Source: Candidatus Omnitrophota bacterium (GTDB taxonomy: Bacteria; Omnitrophota; Gorgyraeia; JAZDFF01). Taken from it: a stretch of 64,000 bases of DNA. A program made the position numbers and the translations under genes. The notes below the pieces were generated by a model. The model saw only the letters and a program-made list of their open reading frames with translations. It was not told where the DNA came from and made no database searches. Below, piece after piece: positions 9,391 to 20,111 of this stretch. The stretch's first letter is position 1. Every line of letters starts with the position of its first letter. The stretch spans positions 1,628 to 65,627 of the forward strand of contig JAZDFF010000001.1 in assembly GCA_043808095.1 (NCBI GenBank). The letters are read 5' to 3'.

Positions 9391-10656
9391 ATGACCAAGA
9401 TTAGCCCTTTTAAAGCCTTGCTATATAATCAGGAGAAAGTAAACGATTTATCTAAGGTGGTCTGTCCGCCTTATGATATCATCTCCAAAACCGATCAAGA
9501 TAGGTACTATGCTAGGCACCCTTTTAATTTGATCCGTCTGATTTTAGGCAAAGATCTGCCTCAGGATAATAAAGCCGAAAATAAATACACCCGGGCAGAA
9601 AAACTCTTTAACGACTGGATAAAAGAACGCGTCTTTAAACTGGATGATAAGGAGTCCGTATATTTTTACCTCCAGCAATACCAGATAAAGGGCGAGCATA
9701 AAGAAAGGTTGGGATTTATCTCTCTAATGCGCCTTGAGGACAGAGATCATTCTACTGTTTTTGCCCACGAAAATACGCATCTGGGCCCCAAGGAAGACCG
9801 CTTCCAGCTAATAAAGAAGGTCAAGGCAAATTTAAGCCCTATATTTACTTTATTTATTGATGAAAAAAGATTGATTAACCGTATCTTTGGCGAACATTTA
9901 AAAGATACAACGCCTTTAATTTCTTTAACAGATCAAGACAGGGTTATCCATAAATTATGGAGACTTTCCGATAAGGCCTTGGTTGAGAAATTGAAAAAGA
10001 GTATGGAGGATAGACAAATATTCATTGCCGACGGTCACCATCGTTATGAAGTAGCGCTTTTATACCGTGATTATATGGCTAAAAAAAGCCGGAATTTCAA
10101 TAAAGAGGCCCGGTATAATTTTATTATGACTTATTTTGCGGATAACAATGCCAGAGATATTACCATACTTCCAATACACCGTGTAGTCAAAAGGATGCCT
10201 GAGGACATTTTAGGCCTGTCAGATTTATTTTATATCGAAAGGGCGAAAACAAAAGACGAGCTTTTTCTTTTCCTGGCTAAGGCCGGCCTTGCTGAACACG
10301 CCTTTGGATTATATCACAATAAAAAATTCTGGCTTCTTAGGCTTAGGAACGAAAGGATAGTAGATAAAATTGTCAAAGACGGTTCCTCTGATTATCATAG
10401 GCTTGATGTTGTAATCTTGCATAAATTGGTTTTGGAAAAAATTTTCGGTCTCAGAGACGAAGACGTAATTTTTGTCAAAGATGAGTATGAGGCTATTAAT
10501 ATGGTGGATGAAGGAAATGCCGAGGCGGTATTTTTGCTGAATTCTACCAAGATAAATCAAATCCGTAGTATCGCTCTTAATAACGAACGTATGCCTCCTA
10601 AGTCCACATATTTTTATCCAAAACTGTTATCGGGATCAGTAATCCACAAGTTTTGA
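9391..10656 (+). CDS. DUF1015 family protein
   Basis: PPYDII, HENT, IADGHHRY and MPPKSTYFYPKL motifs. Confidence 0.9.
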   Translation: MTKISPFKALLYNQEKVNDLSKVVCPPYDIISKTDQDRYYARHPFNLIRLILGKDLPQDNKAENKYTRAEKLFNDWIKERVFKLDDKESVYFYLQQYQIKGEHKERLGFISLMRLEDRDHSTVFAHENTHLGPKEDRFQLIKKVKANLSPIFTLFIDEKRLINRIFGEHLKDTTPLISLTDQDRVIHKLWRLSDKALVEKLKKSMEDRQIFIADGHHRYEVALLYRDYMAKKSRNFNKEARYNFIMTYFADNNARDITILPIHRVVKRMPEDILGLSDLFYIERAKTKDELFLFLAKAGLAEHAFGLYHNKKFWLLRLRNERIVDKIVKDGSSDYHRLDVVILHKLVLEKIFGLRDEDVIFVKDEYEAINMVDEGNAEAVFLLNSTKINQIRSIALNNERMPPKSTYFYPKLLSGSVIHKF

Positions 10657-10962
10657 AGCACAGATTAACTAGTTTGAAATAAAGTAGCGAGTAATCCTTC
10701 GACATTGCTCAGGACACTTCGAAAGACACTGAGCTAAGTTGAAGTGCTAGTAGAGAGTAGAGAGAATTAAATTACAATATACAAAGCACAAATTATCCCC
10801 TGCAATCTGAAAGATTGCGGGGATTTAATCCTGGAAATTCTACGAATTTCTCAGGACAAACAATATACAATGCCGAATACTGAAATTATGAACAAAATGT
10901 TTTGGTTATTGCCTGCCTGCCGGCAGACAGGGAAACCAGAAAAAATAAAAATCTGGTTACTG

Positions 10963-11036
10963 TCCCGAATGTTGTTACTATATTAGTTATTCTTCGGGAT
11001 CCCGAAGCGATACCATAGTAGTTACTACATTCGGGA
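10963..11036. mobile_element. 74-bp TCCCGAATG...CTTCGGGATCCCGAAG...CATTCGGGA double-hairpin element
   Basis: Six copies of 74-76 bp in the window. Removing this one restores ctggttactg|taaact, seen uninterrupted at 8584-8599. Confidence 0.8.
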
Positions 11037-11077
11037 TAAACTGTTTTCTGGTTACTCCCGAGCGAAGCGAGGGGAAC

Positions 11078-11917
11078 ATGCCTTTATTTGGAAAGCCGAA
11101 ATATACCATAGTGCGGGTAAAGAAAAAGGATATACCAGACGGTCTTTGGATGAAGTGCCTGGGTTGTTCTGAATTATTATATAATAAAACCCTGGATGAA
11201 AATCTTAAGGTTTGTCCAAAGTGCAATTACCACTTTACTCTAGGCGCAAAAGAAAGAATAGATTTCTTGATTGATAAAGACACCTTTGTTGAATTTGATA
11301 AAGATATGCTTACGGGGGATCCTCTTGAATTTAGGGGCCCGAAGAGTTACAAGGAAAAATTAAAAAAAGACCAAGAGGAGACCGGAATAAACGAGGCGGT
11401 TATTACTGGCGAAGGGCTACTTAACGGCAAAAAGATTATTGTCAATGTTACCGACTCCAGGTTTATTATGGGCTCGATGGGAACAGTGGTGGGCGAAAAG
11501 ATTACCCGTGCGATTGAACGCGCAACTGAGGAGGATCTTCCATTAGTGATTATCTCCGGTTCTGGCGGCGGGGCAAGGATGTATGAGGGGATGCTTTCTC
11601 TTATGCAGATGGCCAAGACCTCAGCGGCGTTGAACCATCATCACAATAAAAGTTTAGTCTTTATATCAGTATTGACCAATCCTACAATGGCTGGAGTATT
11701 GGCTTCTTTTGCAGGCCTAGGGGATGTCATTATCGCCGAGCCAAAGGCATTAATCGGTTTTACCGGCCCACGGGTTATTGAACAGACTATTCATCAGAAA
11801 TTACCACCCAATTTCCAGACTTCCGAATTTATGTTGGCGCATGGGCTAATTGATATGATTGTTAACCGCAAAAGCTTGAAAGAAACCCTTATCCAATTAG
11901 TGGATTATCTGGGTTGA
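11078..11917 (+). CDS. accD: Acetyl-CoA carboxylase carboxyltransferase beta subunit
   Basis: GLWMKC zinc finger, GSMG, GGARMYEG and GFTGPRVIEQT motifs. Confidence 0.97.
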   Translation: MPLFGKPKYTIVRVKKKDIPDGLWMKCLGCSELLYNKTLDENLKVCPKCNYHFTLGAKERIDFLIDKDTFVEFDKDMLTGDPLEFRGPKSYKEKLKKDQEETGINEAVITGEGLLNGKKIIVNVTDSRFIMGSMGTVVGEKITRAIERATEEDLPLVIISGSGGGARMYEGMLSLMQMAKTSAALNHHHNKSLVFISVLTNPTMAGVLASFAGLGDVIIAEPKALIGFTGPRVIEQTIHQKLPPNFQTSEFMLAHGLIDMIVNRKSLKETLIQLVDYLG

Positions 11918-12025
11918 TACATTCGACTTCGTGGTTCGACAGGCTCACCACTTCTGGAACCATCCCGAACGAAGTTGAGGGGCTCAGTATCAATCCTGAG
12001 CGAGCGAAACGAATCTAAGGATTGA
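11914..12025. mobile_element. TTCGAC..GCTCA hairpin element with nested insert, flanked by duplicated TTGA
   Basis: TTGA-TAC-ATTCGACTTC[...]GCTCA-GTATCAATCCT-GAGCG...AGGA-TTGA. Confidence 0.65.
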
Positions 12026-12049
12026 TTTTCTTAAAATAGTTGGTATAAT
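12022..12049 (+). promoter_or_regulatory. sigma70-type promoter
   Basis: TTGATT-16 nt-TATAAT with TG extension. Confidence 0.6.
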
Positions 12050-12059
12050 ATGAACTTAC

Positions 12060-12170
12060 GTTTAAGGGATAGAAAGGTGTAGTAAGAGGTAGCAGGGGTA
12101 AGGAGGGGCAAAATTTAAATCCCTTACTAACCCATTCTAACCCATGCTGACCCTTCCTAATCCTTAAATC
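12060..12170. repeat. 10-mer-periodic inverted repeat (GGGTAAGAAG / CTTCCTAACC type); relative at 35543-35655
   Basis: Purine-rich left arm and pyrimidine-rich right arm; both copies end ...cccttcctaa(t/c)ccttaaatc. Confidence 0.75.
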
Positions 12171-12194
12171 TTTTGTATCAACAAGTGAGGGGAT

Positions 12195-13298
12195 ATGGCA
12201 CAAGTTAGTTTAAAAGATGTATCTAAAATCTACTATGGTAATATCAAAGCGGTTAATAAGGTAAATCTGGGAGTAGAAAACAAAGAATTTATGGTTTTGG
12301 TTGGGCCTTCCGGCTGCGGCAAATCCACGACTCTGCGTATGATTGCCGGTCTTGAAGAGGTTACCGAAGGCAAGGTCTTTATTGGCGATAAATTAGTCAA
12401 TGATGTACCTGCTAAGGACCGTGATATTGCTATGGTATTTCAGAATTACGCGCTTTATCCGCATATGACGGTTTTTGAAAATATGGCCTTTGGGTTAAAA
12501 TTGAGGCGCTATCCCAAGAATGAGATTGTGCGCCGGGTAAATGAGGCTGCAGAGATCTTGGGCCTAAAAGAACTTTTCAAACGGTTTCCCAGAGAACTTT
12601 CCGGCGGAGAGAGGCAAAGAGTGGCGGTGGGAAGGGCCATTGTGCGTAAGCCCATGGTCTTTCTTTTTGATGAACCTCTAAGTAACCTTGATGCCAAACT
12701 GCGCGTGCAGATGCGCACTGAGATTCATAAACTTCATCTTCGGCTTCAGACGACGATGATCTATGTTACCCATGATCAGGTGGAGGCAATGACCCTTGGC
12801 TCAAGGATTGCCGTAATGAAGAATGGCGAGATTTTACAATTTAATGACCCCATCAATGTATATGATAAGCCTAAGAATCGTTTTGTGGCTAGTTTTATCG
12901 GGACGCCTCCTATGAATTTTATGGACGGACAACTGATTAAAAAAGACGGCAAATTATACTTTAATGAGGGTAAATTTCAGGCCAAAGTAGTCGAAGGGAT
13001 GTATAAACCATTGCAGCCTTATCTAGGAAAGAATGTTACTTTTGGGATTCGTTCAGAAGATATCTATGATAAATTATTTGTTTCTGAGGCACCGCCGGAT
13101 AACATCGTCAGGGCAACTTGTGAAGTAGTAGAACCAATGGGCTCAGAGGTCTATTTGTATTTGAGAACAGATAAGCATACATTTATTGCCCGCGTAGGGG
13201 CTCATGACCGACCAGAAATAAACCAGGATATGGATTTGGTATTTGACATGAGCAAGGTGCACTTTTTTGATAAAGATACCGAAGTTACAATCGTATAA
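12195..13298 (+). CDS. Sugar ABC transporter ATP-binding protein (MalK/UgpC family)
   Basis: GPSGCGKST, LSGGERQR and DEPLSNLD motifs, TOBE tail. Confidence 0.95.
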   Translation: MAQVSLKDVSKIYYGNIKAVNKVNLGVENKEFMVLVGPSGCGKSTTLRMIAGLEEVTEGKVFIGDKLVNDVPAKDRDIAMVFQNYALYPHMTVFENMAFGLKLRRYPKNEIVRRVNEAAEILGLKELFKRFPRELSGGERQRVAVGRAIVRKPMVFLFDEPLSNLDAKLRVQMRTEIHKLHLRLQTTMIYVTHDQVEAMTLGSRIAVMKNGEILQFNDPINVYDKPKNRFVASFIGTPPMNFMDGQLIKKDGKLYFNEGKFQAKVVEGMYKPLQPYLGKNVTFGIRSEDIYDKLFVSEAPPDNIVRATCEVVEPMGSEVYLYLRTDKHTFIARVGAHDRPEINQDMDLVFDMSKVHFFDKDTEVTIV

Positions 13299-14574
13299 CC
13301 TATCTAATAGAGCCTCCTGTAGACGTTCAACCATCCTCTTAATTATCACCTACAGCGTAATAGTAGGTCTCGTTTTATTCAAATTCCGCTATCTATTTAA
13401 AATGGTGGTTCCTATTTTTATTTTGCCTCTCTTGGTTTTTCTTTATCTGTTTAAGAAGACCCAAAAAAAATTAGTTCTCCTGTTCGTAGAAAGAAGTGGT
13501 ATCGAAGAAGGTGTTAATACGCTTAATGATACATTAATTCACCAAGAGAGATTAAGAGGGGCCTTAAACAAAAAGATAAACAGGTACTCTTATCTTAAGG
13601 AACTGACTCAGAATTTAAGCCTGGAGCTGTCCTTGGATGGGGTCTGGCAGATATTAAGGAAAGCCATAACAGAAGTATTTGGGGATTACCAGCTAAATTG
13701 TCTTTTATATCTTGTGGACCGCAAGAAGCATGAGTTGTCTTTGGTTTATTCCATGAGTACCCAAAATGAAATTATCAAGACTAAAAAGGGCAATATCTTT
13801 GATTACTGGGTAATCAAAAAAACGCAGCCTTTACTCGTTGAAAATGTAAAAACAGATTTTCGTTTCGATTTGGATATTATTGAAAAGGAGGAAGCGAGGG
13901 CCATTGGTTCTTTAGCGGCCGCACCACTTATTGCACATTCAAGGCCTATAGGAGTGTTGCATTTAGATTCTGCAGATATTGCTAAATTCAATTCTGACGA
14001 TGTAAGATTACTTTCCACTATCGCCGATTTGTTGACGGTGGCAGTTGAAAATGCGCTTTTTTATGAACACACTAAAGAGTTATCCATAAAAGACGGCTTA
14101 ACCGGGCTGTATCTTAGGCGTTTCTTTATGGAGCGACTTCATGAAGAGTTAGACAGGGCAAGGCTTAATAGATCTTCCGTTTCTCTTTTCATGTTAGATA
14201 TAGATAATTTTAAAAAATATAATGACAAATTTGGCCACATTGCCGGAGATATAGTGCTTAAGGTTATATCCGCAATATTATTAAAGACCTGCACAGGAAG
14301 CGGCACTGTCATCTCAAGATACGGCGGCGAAGAGTTTATTATCCTCATTCCTAATTTTCCTAAAAAAGAAGCCTTTACGTTTGCCAACACCATCAGCCAT
14401 AATATAAAGAGCACTGACATAGTTCTTCGCCGCAATAAAACCAATGTCACTGTTTCAATTGGAATAGCAACTTTTCCCTCCGACACCAAAATCGAAGAAG
14501 ACCTTATTCGTAAAGCAGATTTTGCGATGTATCAGGCAAAACAAATGGGGAGAAATCGGGTATGCTCTTGTTAG
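13267..14574 (+). CDS. Membrane-anchored GAF + GGDEF diguanylate cyclase (start uncertain)
   Basis: Two N-terminal hydrophobic segments, a GAF-like region, DGLTGL and RYGGEEF. Confidence 0.9.
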   Translation: MIKIPKLQSYNLSNRASCRRSTILLIITYSVIVGLVLFKFRYLFKMVVPIFILPLLVFLYLFKKTQKKLVLLFVERSGIEEGVNTLNDTLIHQERLRGALNKKINRYSYLKELTQNLSLELSLDGVWQILRKAITEVFGDYQLNCLLYLVDRKKHELSLVYSMSTQNEIIKTKKGNIFDYWVIKKTQPLLVENVKTDFRFDLDIIEKEEARAIGSLAAAPLIAHSRPIGVLHLDSADIAKFNSDDVRLLSTIADLLTVAVENALFYEHTKELSIKDGLTGLYLRRFFMERLHEELDRARLNRSSVSLFMLDIDNFKKYNDKFGHIAGDIVLKVISAILLKTCTGSGTVISRYGGEEFIILIPNFPKKEAFTFANTISHNIKSTDIVLRRNKTNVTVSIGIATFPSDTKIEEDLIRKADFAMYQAKQMGRNRVCSC

Positions 14575-15578
14575 AGCCATCTGTATTTGTTGCTTCATTA
14601 TTTTTGGCAAGCTGGGCAATTTTTAATATTGATAGGTATTTTACTTTGCGCTGCGCTAATGCCAGAAATGAGCTTATAAATTTCAAAAATACCGCAGGAG
14701 AGTTAAGAGAACGTGTTTCTAAAATTGATGAAAAAAATCTAAAACTTCACCAAGAGGTAGAACGGATATTTTCTCTTTACGAATTTACCAAAGAAGTTAC
14801 CAAACATTTGGCTGAGGATGAATTAACGGGTGTCTTTAGAGAAATAGGGCACAAATACATAAGTTTTAAAGATATTAGATTAATTGAACAGTCGCAATTA
14901 AACGAAGAAGAATTATCCAGCTATCAAAAATTTAGCCTAAAGATAAAAAATGAGGCACTGGGGTATCTAGCGGTCTCAGGCCTTGGGGATACCGAGAAAG
15001 AAAGTTTTGGTATACTCTCTAGCCAGTTTGCCCTTGCCTTAAAAAGGGCCAGGCTCTATAAAGAGATTCAGAAGCTCGCCATAACAGATAGCTTGACTGC
15101 TGTCTACACACGCTGGTATTTTTTAGAGAGGGCAGAAGAGGAATTGCATCGCTCGTTAAAATTTGAGCTTAGTTTTTCGTTTTTGATGCTCGATATTGAC
15201 CACTTTAAAGACTGCAATGATAAATTCGGGCATTTGGTAGGAGACGCGGTTTTAGAGGAATTGTCCGAGGTCCTTAAGGGATGTATTCGCCAGATAGATT
15301 TATTGGGAAGGTTCGGCGGTGAGGAATTTTGCATATTATTACCTGAGACAAATAAAAAGAGTGCTTATCAGGCGGCTGAACGTATCCGCCAGACTGTCAT
15401 AGATTCCGAGATACGCGCCTATGATGAAAAGATAAAATTAACAGTAAGTATTGGCATTGCTACTTTTTCTGAAGATGCGGATAAACTTAAGGAATTAATT
15501 GACAGGTCTGATTGGGCATTATATCGCGCAAAACAAACGGGAAGAAACCGGATTTGTCTCTATGGGGTCTATAAATAA
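14562..15578 (+). CDS. GGDEF diguanylate cyclase
   Basis: DSLT, DIDHFK, RQID I-site and RFGGEEF. Confidence 0.92.
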   Translation: MLLLEPSVFVASLFLASWAIFNIDRYFTLRCANARNELINFKNTAGELRERVSKIDEKNLKLHQEVERIFSLYEFTKEVTKHLAEDELTGVFREIGHKYISFKDIRLIEQSQLNEEELSSYQKFSLKIKNEALGYLAVSGLGDTEKESFGILSSQFALALKRARLYKEIQKLAITDSLTAVYTRWYFLERAEEELHRSLKFELSFSFLMLDIDHFKDCNDKFGHLVGDAVLEELSEVLKGCIRQIDLLGRFGGEEFCILLPETNKKSAYQAAERIRQTVIDSEIRAYDEKIKLTVSIGIATFSEDADKLKELIDRSDWALYRAKQTGRNRICLYGVYK

Positions 15579-15840
15579 GGACTCCACCTGCCTTAATTTT
15601 AGTCAATTCAATAGGTTAAAATCTGACTCCAAATCCCAATATGTTATATAATTAAAGAAATGTATGAACAATTATCTTGGTTTCGAAGCTGGTTTAACGG
15701 TGTGGAAACTCTTATAGATACCTGTCTTAGAAGCTAGTATTTTGTTATCTGGTATCAAGCATCTAATATCTTGCATCTAGCATCGATGTCAGCATCCATA
15801 ACCAGAAACGCACATCGATGCCTAATTTGTCAAAATTGCC

Positions 15841-15869
15841 TTGCCAAAAGACTATATTTAGGATAAAAT
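15841..15869 (+). promoter_or_regulatory. Putative sigma70 promoter
   Basis: TTGCCA-17 nt-TAAAAT. Confidence 0.5.
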
Positions 15870-15896
15870 TATTAAGATTTCTTTAAATACTATTTT

Positions 15897-15991
15897 TAAC
15901 GCTAATTTTCGCGAATCTAACGCAGATTCTCACGAATGACTTTTTTATCATATTAGCGTAAATTAGCGTTTGATTAGCGTAGATTCGCGTT
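15897..15991. repeat. Periodic inverted repeat (AACGCTAAT / ATTAGCGTT)
   Basis: aacgctaattttcgcgaatctaacgcagat...attagcgtttgattagcgtagattcgcgtt. Confidence 0.75.
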
Positions 15992-16110
15992 CAGAAAGTT
16001 TTTTTGATACTTCTTATAACCATGATATCTCAATTTACCCCGATAGAGATTAGTTTAATTAAAAAATAAATAAGCATAAATAGAGAACACCTTAGAAAAT
16101 TGCTCGCGCT

Positions 16111-17085
16111 ATGAATAAAGCCAAATCATTACAAGCCCCGTCTTCAAAGAAGATATCTCTAACAGGGTTTGTCATCGGCATTGATATTGGTGGCACCAAC
16201 ATAAAAGTTGGTTTAATAAATAAAGATAAGATTATCCATAAATTTGTCTTAAAGACGAGTTTATATCCTAAAAAATCAGACTTAATTAAGGCTGTTTTTA
16301 GTTCAATAGATAAGGTTTTAAGGAATAATTGCTTAGAGAAAAAAGATATACTGGGAATAGGCATAGGCCTACCCGGAGCCATAGATTATAAAAGAGGTAT
16401 TGTCCATTACCTTCCTAATATCCCCGGCTGGAAAGATGTGCCTTTAGCAAGATTAATCCGGAATCATTTAGGAATTTCTACCTACATCGATAATGATGTA
16501 AATCTTATGGCCTTGGCAGAATTGTATTATGGCCAGGGCAGGGGTAAAAAAAATTTGGTTTGCATTACGCTAGGTACAGGGGTAGGCGGTGGCCTTATTA
16601 TTGAAGGCAATATTTATCGAGGAACGAGTTTTTCTGCCGGTGAAATCGGGCATATGCCTATTGAATTAAAAGGTGCATTCTGTAACTGCGGGAGTCATGG
16701 ATGCTTAGAAAGCCTGATTGGAAATAGTCGTATTTTAGGCAGGGCAAAAAAAGTTTTTGGGAAATACATAACTCTTGAGGAATTAAGCAATTTAGCCATA
16801 AAAGGAAATCAAAGGGCAGTCAAGATCTGGCAAGATACTGGTTTTATTCTAGGGACAGTTCTGGCTGGAGTAGTTAATTTACTTAACCCTGAGCTTATCA
16901 TTATTGGCGGGGGGGTCTCAGAAAGCGGCAAGATTTTATTTAACCAGGTCAGAGAGACCATAAAAGAACGGGCAATGCCTTTACCTGGCAGTATAATCCA
17001 GGTTAGAAAAGCCGTAGTGAGAGAACCCGGCATTATGGGGGCAGCGGTTTTAGTCAGGAACAGTCTTAAATTAAAATATTCTTAA
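16111..17085 (+). CDS. ROK-family sugar kinase (glucokinase-like)
   Basis: [25 protein letters not shown] and [10 protein letters not shown] motifs. Confidence 0.93.
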   Translation: MNKAKSLQAPSSKKISLTGFVIGIDIGGTNIKVGLINKDKIIHKFVLKTSLYPKKSDLIKAVFSSIDKVLRNNCLEKKDILGIGIGLPGAIDYKRGIVHYLPNIPGWKDVPLARLIRNHLGISTYIDNDVNLMALAELYYGQGRGKKNLVCITLGTGVGGGLIIEGNIYRGTSFSAGEIGHMPIELKGAFCNCGSHGCLESLIGNSRILGRAKKVFGKYITLEELSNLAIKGNQRAVKIWQDTGFILGTVLAGVVNLLNPELIIIGGGVSESGKILFNQVRETIKERAMPLPGSIIQVRKAVVREPGIMGAAVLVRNSLKLKYS

Positions 17086-17096
17086 GTGGGGGGATT

Positions 17097-17744
17097 ATGA
17101 AGATTTTTATCGATACGGCAAACATCGAGCAGATTAAAGAGGCAAAGGCCTGGGGCCTTTTGGACGGCGTTACTACAAACCCCACCTTAATGGCAAAGGA
17201 AAACATTCCTGCGGAAAAACTTTTAAAGGAAATCTGCTCTTTAGTTGATGGCCCTATAAGTGCCGAGGTCATTAGCCAGGACCAATGCCCTATGGTAGAG
17301 GAGGCCAAAAAATTAGCTGCAATTCATAGGAACATTGTCATTAAGATTCCTTTGACTAAAGATGGCCTAAAAGCGACTAAGATTTTGAGAGGTCAGGATA
17401 TCAGAGTAAATGTTACTTTATGTTTTTCTGCTACTCAGGCACTTCTTGCTGCCAAGGCCGGCGCTAGTTTCATAAGCCCTTTTATCGGTAGGCTCGATGA
17501 TATAAGCCATTGTGGCATGGATTTAATAAGAGATATAAAAAAGATTTATGATAATTACCAATTTAAGACCCAGATTATTGTTGCCAGTATCCGTAATCCT
17601 CTTCATGTTTTAGAGGCAGCCCTAATCGGAGCTGATATTGCCACAGTTCCATTCGTTATCCTGGAGCAATTATTTAAACACCCTCTAACCGATATAGGGA
17701 TAAAGAGGTTTTTAGACGATTATAAGAAGGCCCCCCAAAAATAA
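17097..17744 (+). CDS. Transaldolase / fructose-6-phosphate aldolase family
   Basis: IFIDTAN, GVTTNP, VIKIP and SPFIGRLDD motifs. Confidence 0.95.
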   Translation: MKIFIDTANIEQIKEAKAWGLLDGVTTNPTLMAKENIPAEKLLKEICSLVDGPISAEVISQDQCPMVEEAKKLAAIHRNIVIKIPLTKDGLKATKILRGQDIRVNVTLCFSATQALLAAKAGASFISPFIGRLDDISHCGMDLIRDIKKIYDNYQFKTQIIVASIRNPLHVLEAALIGADIATVPFVILEQLFKHPLTDIGIKRFLDDYKKAPQK

Positions 17745-17754
17745 TCAAGAAAAA

Positions 17755-20034
17755 ATGCATCAAGCAAAAATCCCTGCCTGCCGGCAGGCAGAAAAATTTA
17801 AAATCCAGAGATATCTTAAAGTTTTTAATTTTGGATTGTCATTTTGGTTTTTTATATTCTCCGCCACATTACTTGGCGGACCCGCCAAGATTTTTGGCGG
17901 GGGAATTCTGGCTTGTGCGTTTGCTCAAGAAGGCACTAAGGAGCCGGTTATTGTAGATGGCGATAAGGTAGAATTCTTTTCCGAAGAGAAAAAAGTAACA
18001 GCAGAAGGCAATGTCATCGTCTCTCAAAAAAAAGCGAAATTAGTTTGCGACAAGGTTACAGTATACACCGAGACCCAGGATGCAATAGCCGAAGGCCATG
18101 TCCGGTTTTATTACGAAAAAGGCGTTCTTTTCGCGGAAAAATTCATTTACAATTTCCAGAGCAAGAAGGGAAAGTTGATAGATGCTGATATCGAATCACC
18201 ACCGTATTACGGAAAGGGCCAATTTGCAGAAAAGGTCAGTGAATACGAACTAAAGATTAAACACGGATATTTTACAACCTGCGACGAGAAAAATCCTCAT
18301 TATAAGCTCCGGTCCAAGAAACTAAATATATTCCCCGGTGATAAAGTGGTAGCCAAGGAAGTCCTATTTCAAGTTGGTAAATTTCCTCTGATGTATTTGC
18401 CTAGTTACACCCACCCTATTGACGATAGGCGTCCACGGGTTACAGTTCTCCCGGGCCGAACTAAAGATTGGGGTTATTTTTTGTTAAGCGCCTGGAGGTA
18501 TTATTTTACCGAGAATGCTATGGGGAGATTCCATGTTGACTATCGCGAGAAGAAAGACGTCGCCTGGGGGTTTGATCATAAGTATAAGATAGAAAACATG
18601 GGAGAGGGGTTGTTTAAGACCTATTATATGAATGAAAGAAGTATCTCGGCTAAGCATGTCTATGAGATCTATGATGAGGAAAGAAATACTGTTGAGAAGG
18701 AAAGGTTCAGGATTCAATTAAGGCATAAATGGGAGATTAATCCCCAAGAAACTGCTATTTTAGAATATAATAAAATCAAGGATGCAACTTTTCTAAAAGA
18801 TTATTTTCTTCGGGAGTATGAAGAGGATGGTCAGCCAAGTTCATATTTTTTATACACCCGTTCATTGCCGGAATATACCTTTAGTTTTTATACTAAAAAG
18901 AGGACGAACCGCATCTTTGCGGAAGTAGAAAGACTGCCGGAGATGAAGATAGAAACCCCTGATTTAAATATAACCAGGCTTTTTTTGGAAGATAATAGTC
19001 CTACTTCAGACAAAGGATTACAATTTGAATTGCAAAAAACAAACGCCTATTTCAAAAACTCAACGAGTTTTTCTAATCTAGTTAGCAAGGGAGTTGTCCC
19101 TGATTCTGAAGTAAGCGACCAGGCCAAGAGGTTTGATACCTATAATCAGTTATCTCTGCAGAGGAAATTTGTTTTTATTGAGACACGGCCTCATGCCGGA
19201 TTCAGGGAGACTTTTTATAGCAAAGACAGGTATAACGACGAGAATTTATTTCGGGGGATATTCGATAGCGGTATTGACTTGAGTACCAAGTTTTACAGGA
19301 TCTTTGATGTAACAAGTGATTTTATGGATATCGAGATTAATAAACTGCGCCATATCATTACTCCCACTGCCTCATATTCATATGTCCATCCACCTACAAT
19401 CCCATCATCAAAATTAAATTACTTTGATAGCTTAGATTCAATAGGTCAAACCAACAAGATGTCACTGGCACTAAGCAATAAATTTCAGACAAAAAGGGAA
19501 AATAATACTATTGATTTTGTAAATTTTACAGTATCTAGCGATTATTCCTTTAAACCTAAAGGAGACAGAGGCAGCAGTTTTTCTGATTTTTTATTTGATC
19601 TGGAAACTATTCCTTATGAATGGCTAAGGATTGAAGCAGATGCTACTTACGACCACTTTGAAGATTATTTTAAAACTGTAAACTCGGATTTGACGGCAAA
19701 TATCACTGATAAGACTTCGGCTAGTTTTGGGTATCGTTATCAGAGAAAGTCGACTAGGGATTATATTACCAATTTTAATTACAGGATAAATCCAAAATGG
19801 TGGTTTTCTGTTTATGAAAGATTTGAACAGTTAGGCAGAGGTTTAACAGAGCAGGAATACACAATAGAAAGGGATTTACATTGCTGGACTATGGCATTCA
19901 CTTATAGTGTAAAAAGGGGCCGCGGCGAAGAGATATGGTTGGTTTTTTCGATAAAGGCATTCCCCGAGATGGGTTTTGAATTTAATAAGAGTTATCGCGC
20001 TCCTAAAAGAGGTACGCAGTTTGGTGGTCCTTAA
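17755..20034 (+). CDS. lptD: LPS-assembly protein LptD-like (start uncertain; N-terminus overlaps repeats)
   Basis: N-terminal OstA/jellyroll region (AEGNV, FTTCD), beta-barrel, RDLHCW near the C-terminus. Confidence 0.8.
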   Translation: MHQAKIPACRQAEKFKIQRYLKVFNFGLSFWFFIFSATLLGGPAKIFGGGILACAFAQEGTKEPVIVDGDKVEFFSEEKKVTAEGNVIVSQKKAKLVCDKVTVYTETQDAIAEGHVRFYYEKGVLFAEKFIYNFQSKKGKLIDADIESPPYYGKGQFAEKVSEYELKIKHGYFTTCDEKNPHYKLRSKKLNIFPGDKVVAKEVLFQVGKFPLMYLPSYTHPIDDRRPRVTVLPGRTKDWGYFLLSAWRYYFTENAMGRFHVDYREKKDVAWGFDHKYKIENMGEGLFKTYYMNERSISAKHVYEIYDEERNTVEKERFRIQLRHKWEINPQETAILEYNKIKDATFLKDYFLREYEEDGQPSSYFLYTRSLPEYTFSFYTKKRTNRIFAEVERLPEMKIETPDLNITRLFLEDNSPTSDKGLQFELQKTNAYFKNSTSFSNLVSKGVVPDSEVSDQAKRFDTYNQLSLQRKFVFIETRPHAGFRETFYSKDRYNDENLFRGIFDSGIDLSTKFYRIFDVTSDFMDIEINKLRHIITPTASYSYVHPPTIPSSKLNYFDSLDSIGQTNKMSLALSNKFQTKRENNTIDFVNFTVSSDYSFKPKGDRGSSFSDFLFDLETIPYEWLRIEADATYDHFEDYFKTVNSDLTANITDKTSASFGYRYQRKSTRDYITNFNYRINPKWWFSVYERFEQLGRGLTEQEYTIERDLHCWTMAFTYSVKRGRGEEIWLVFSIKAFPEMGFEFNKSYRAPKRGTQFGGP

Positions 20035-20111
20035 CAAATACGGATAGAGAATAAATTTTCTAGAAAACTACCAAGGGATATGAGCTAAGGCAGGGTTTAG
20101 GTTAAGTAATA

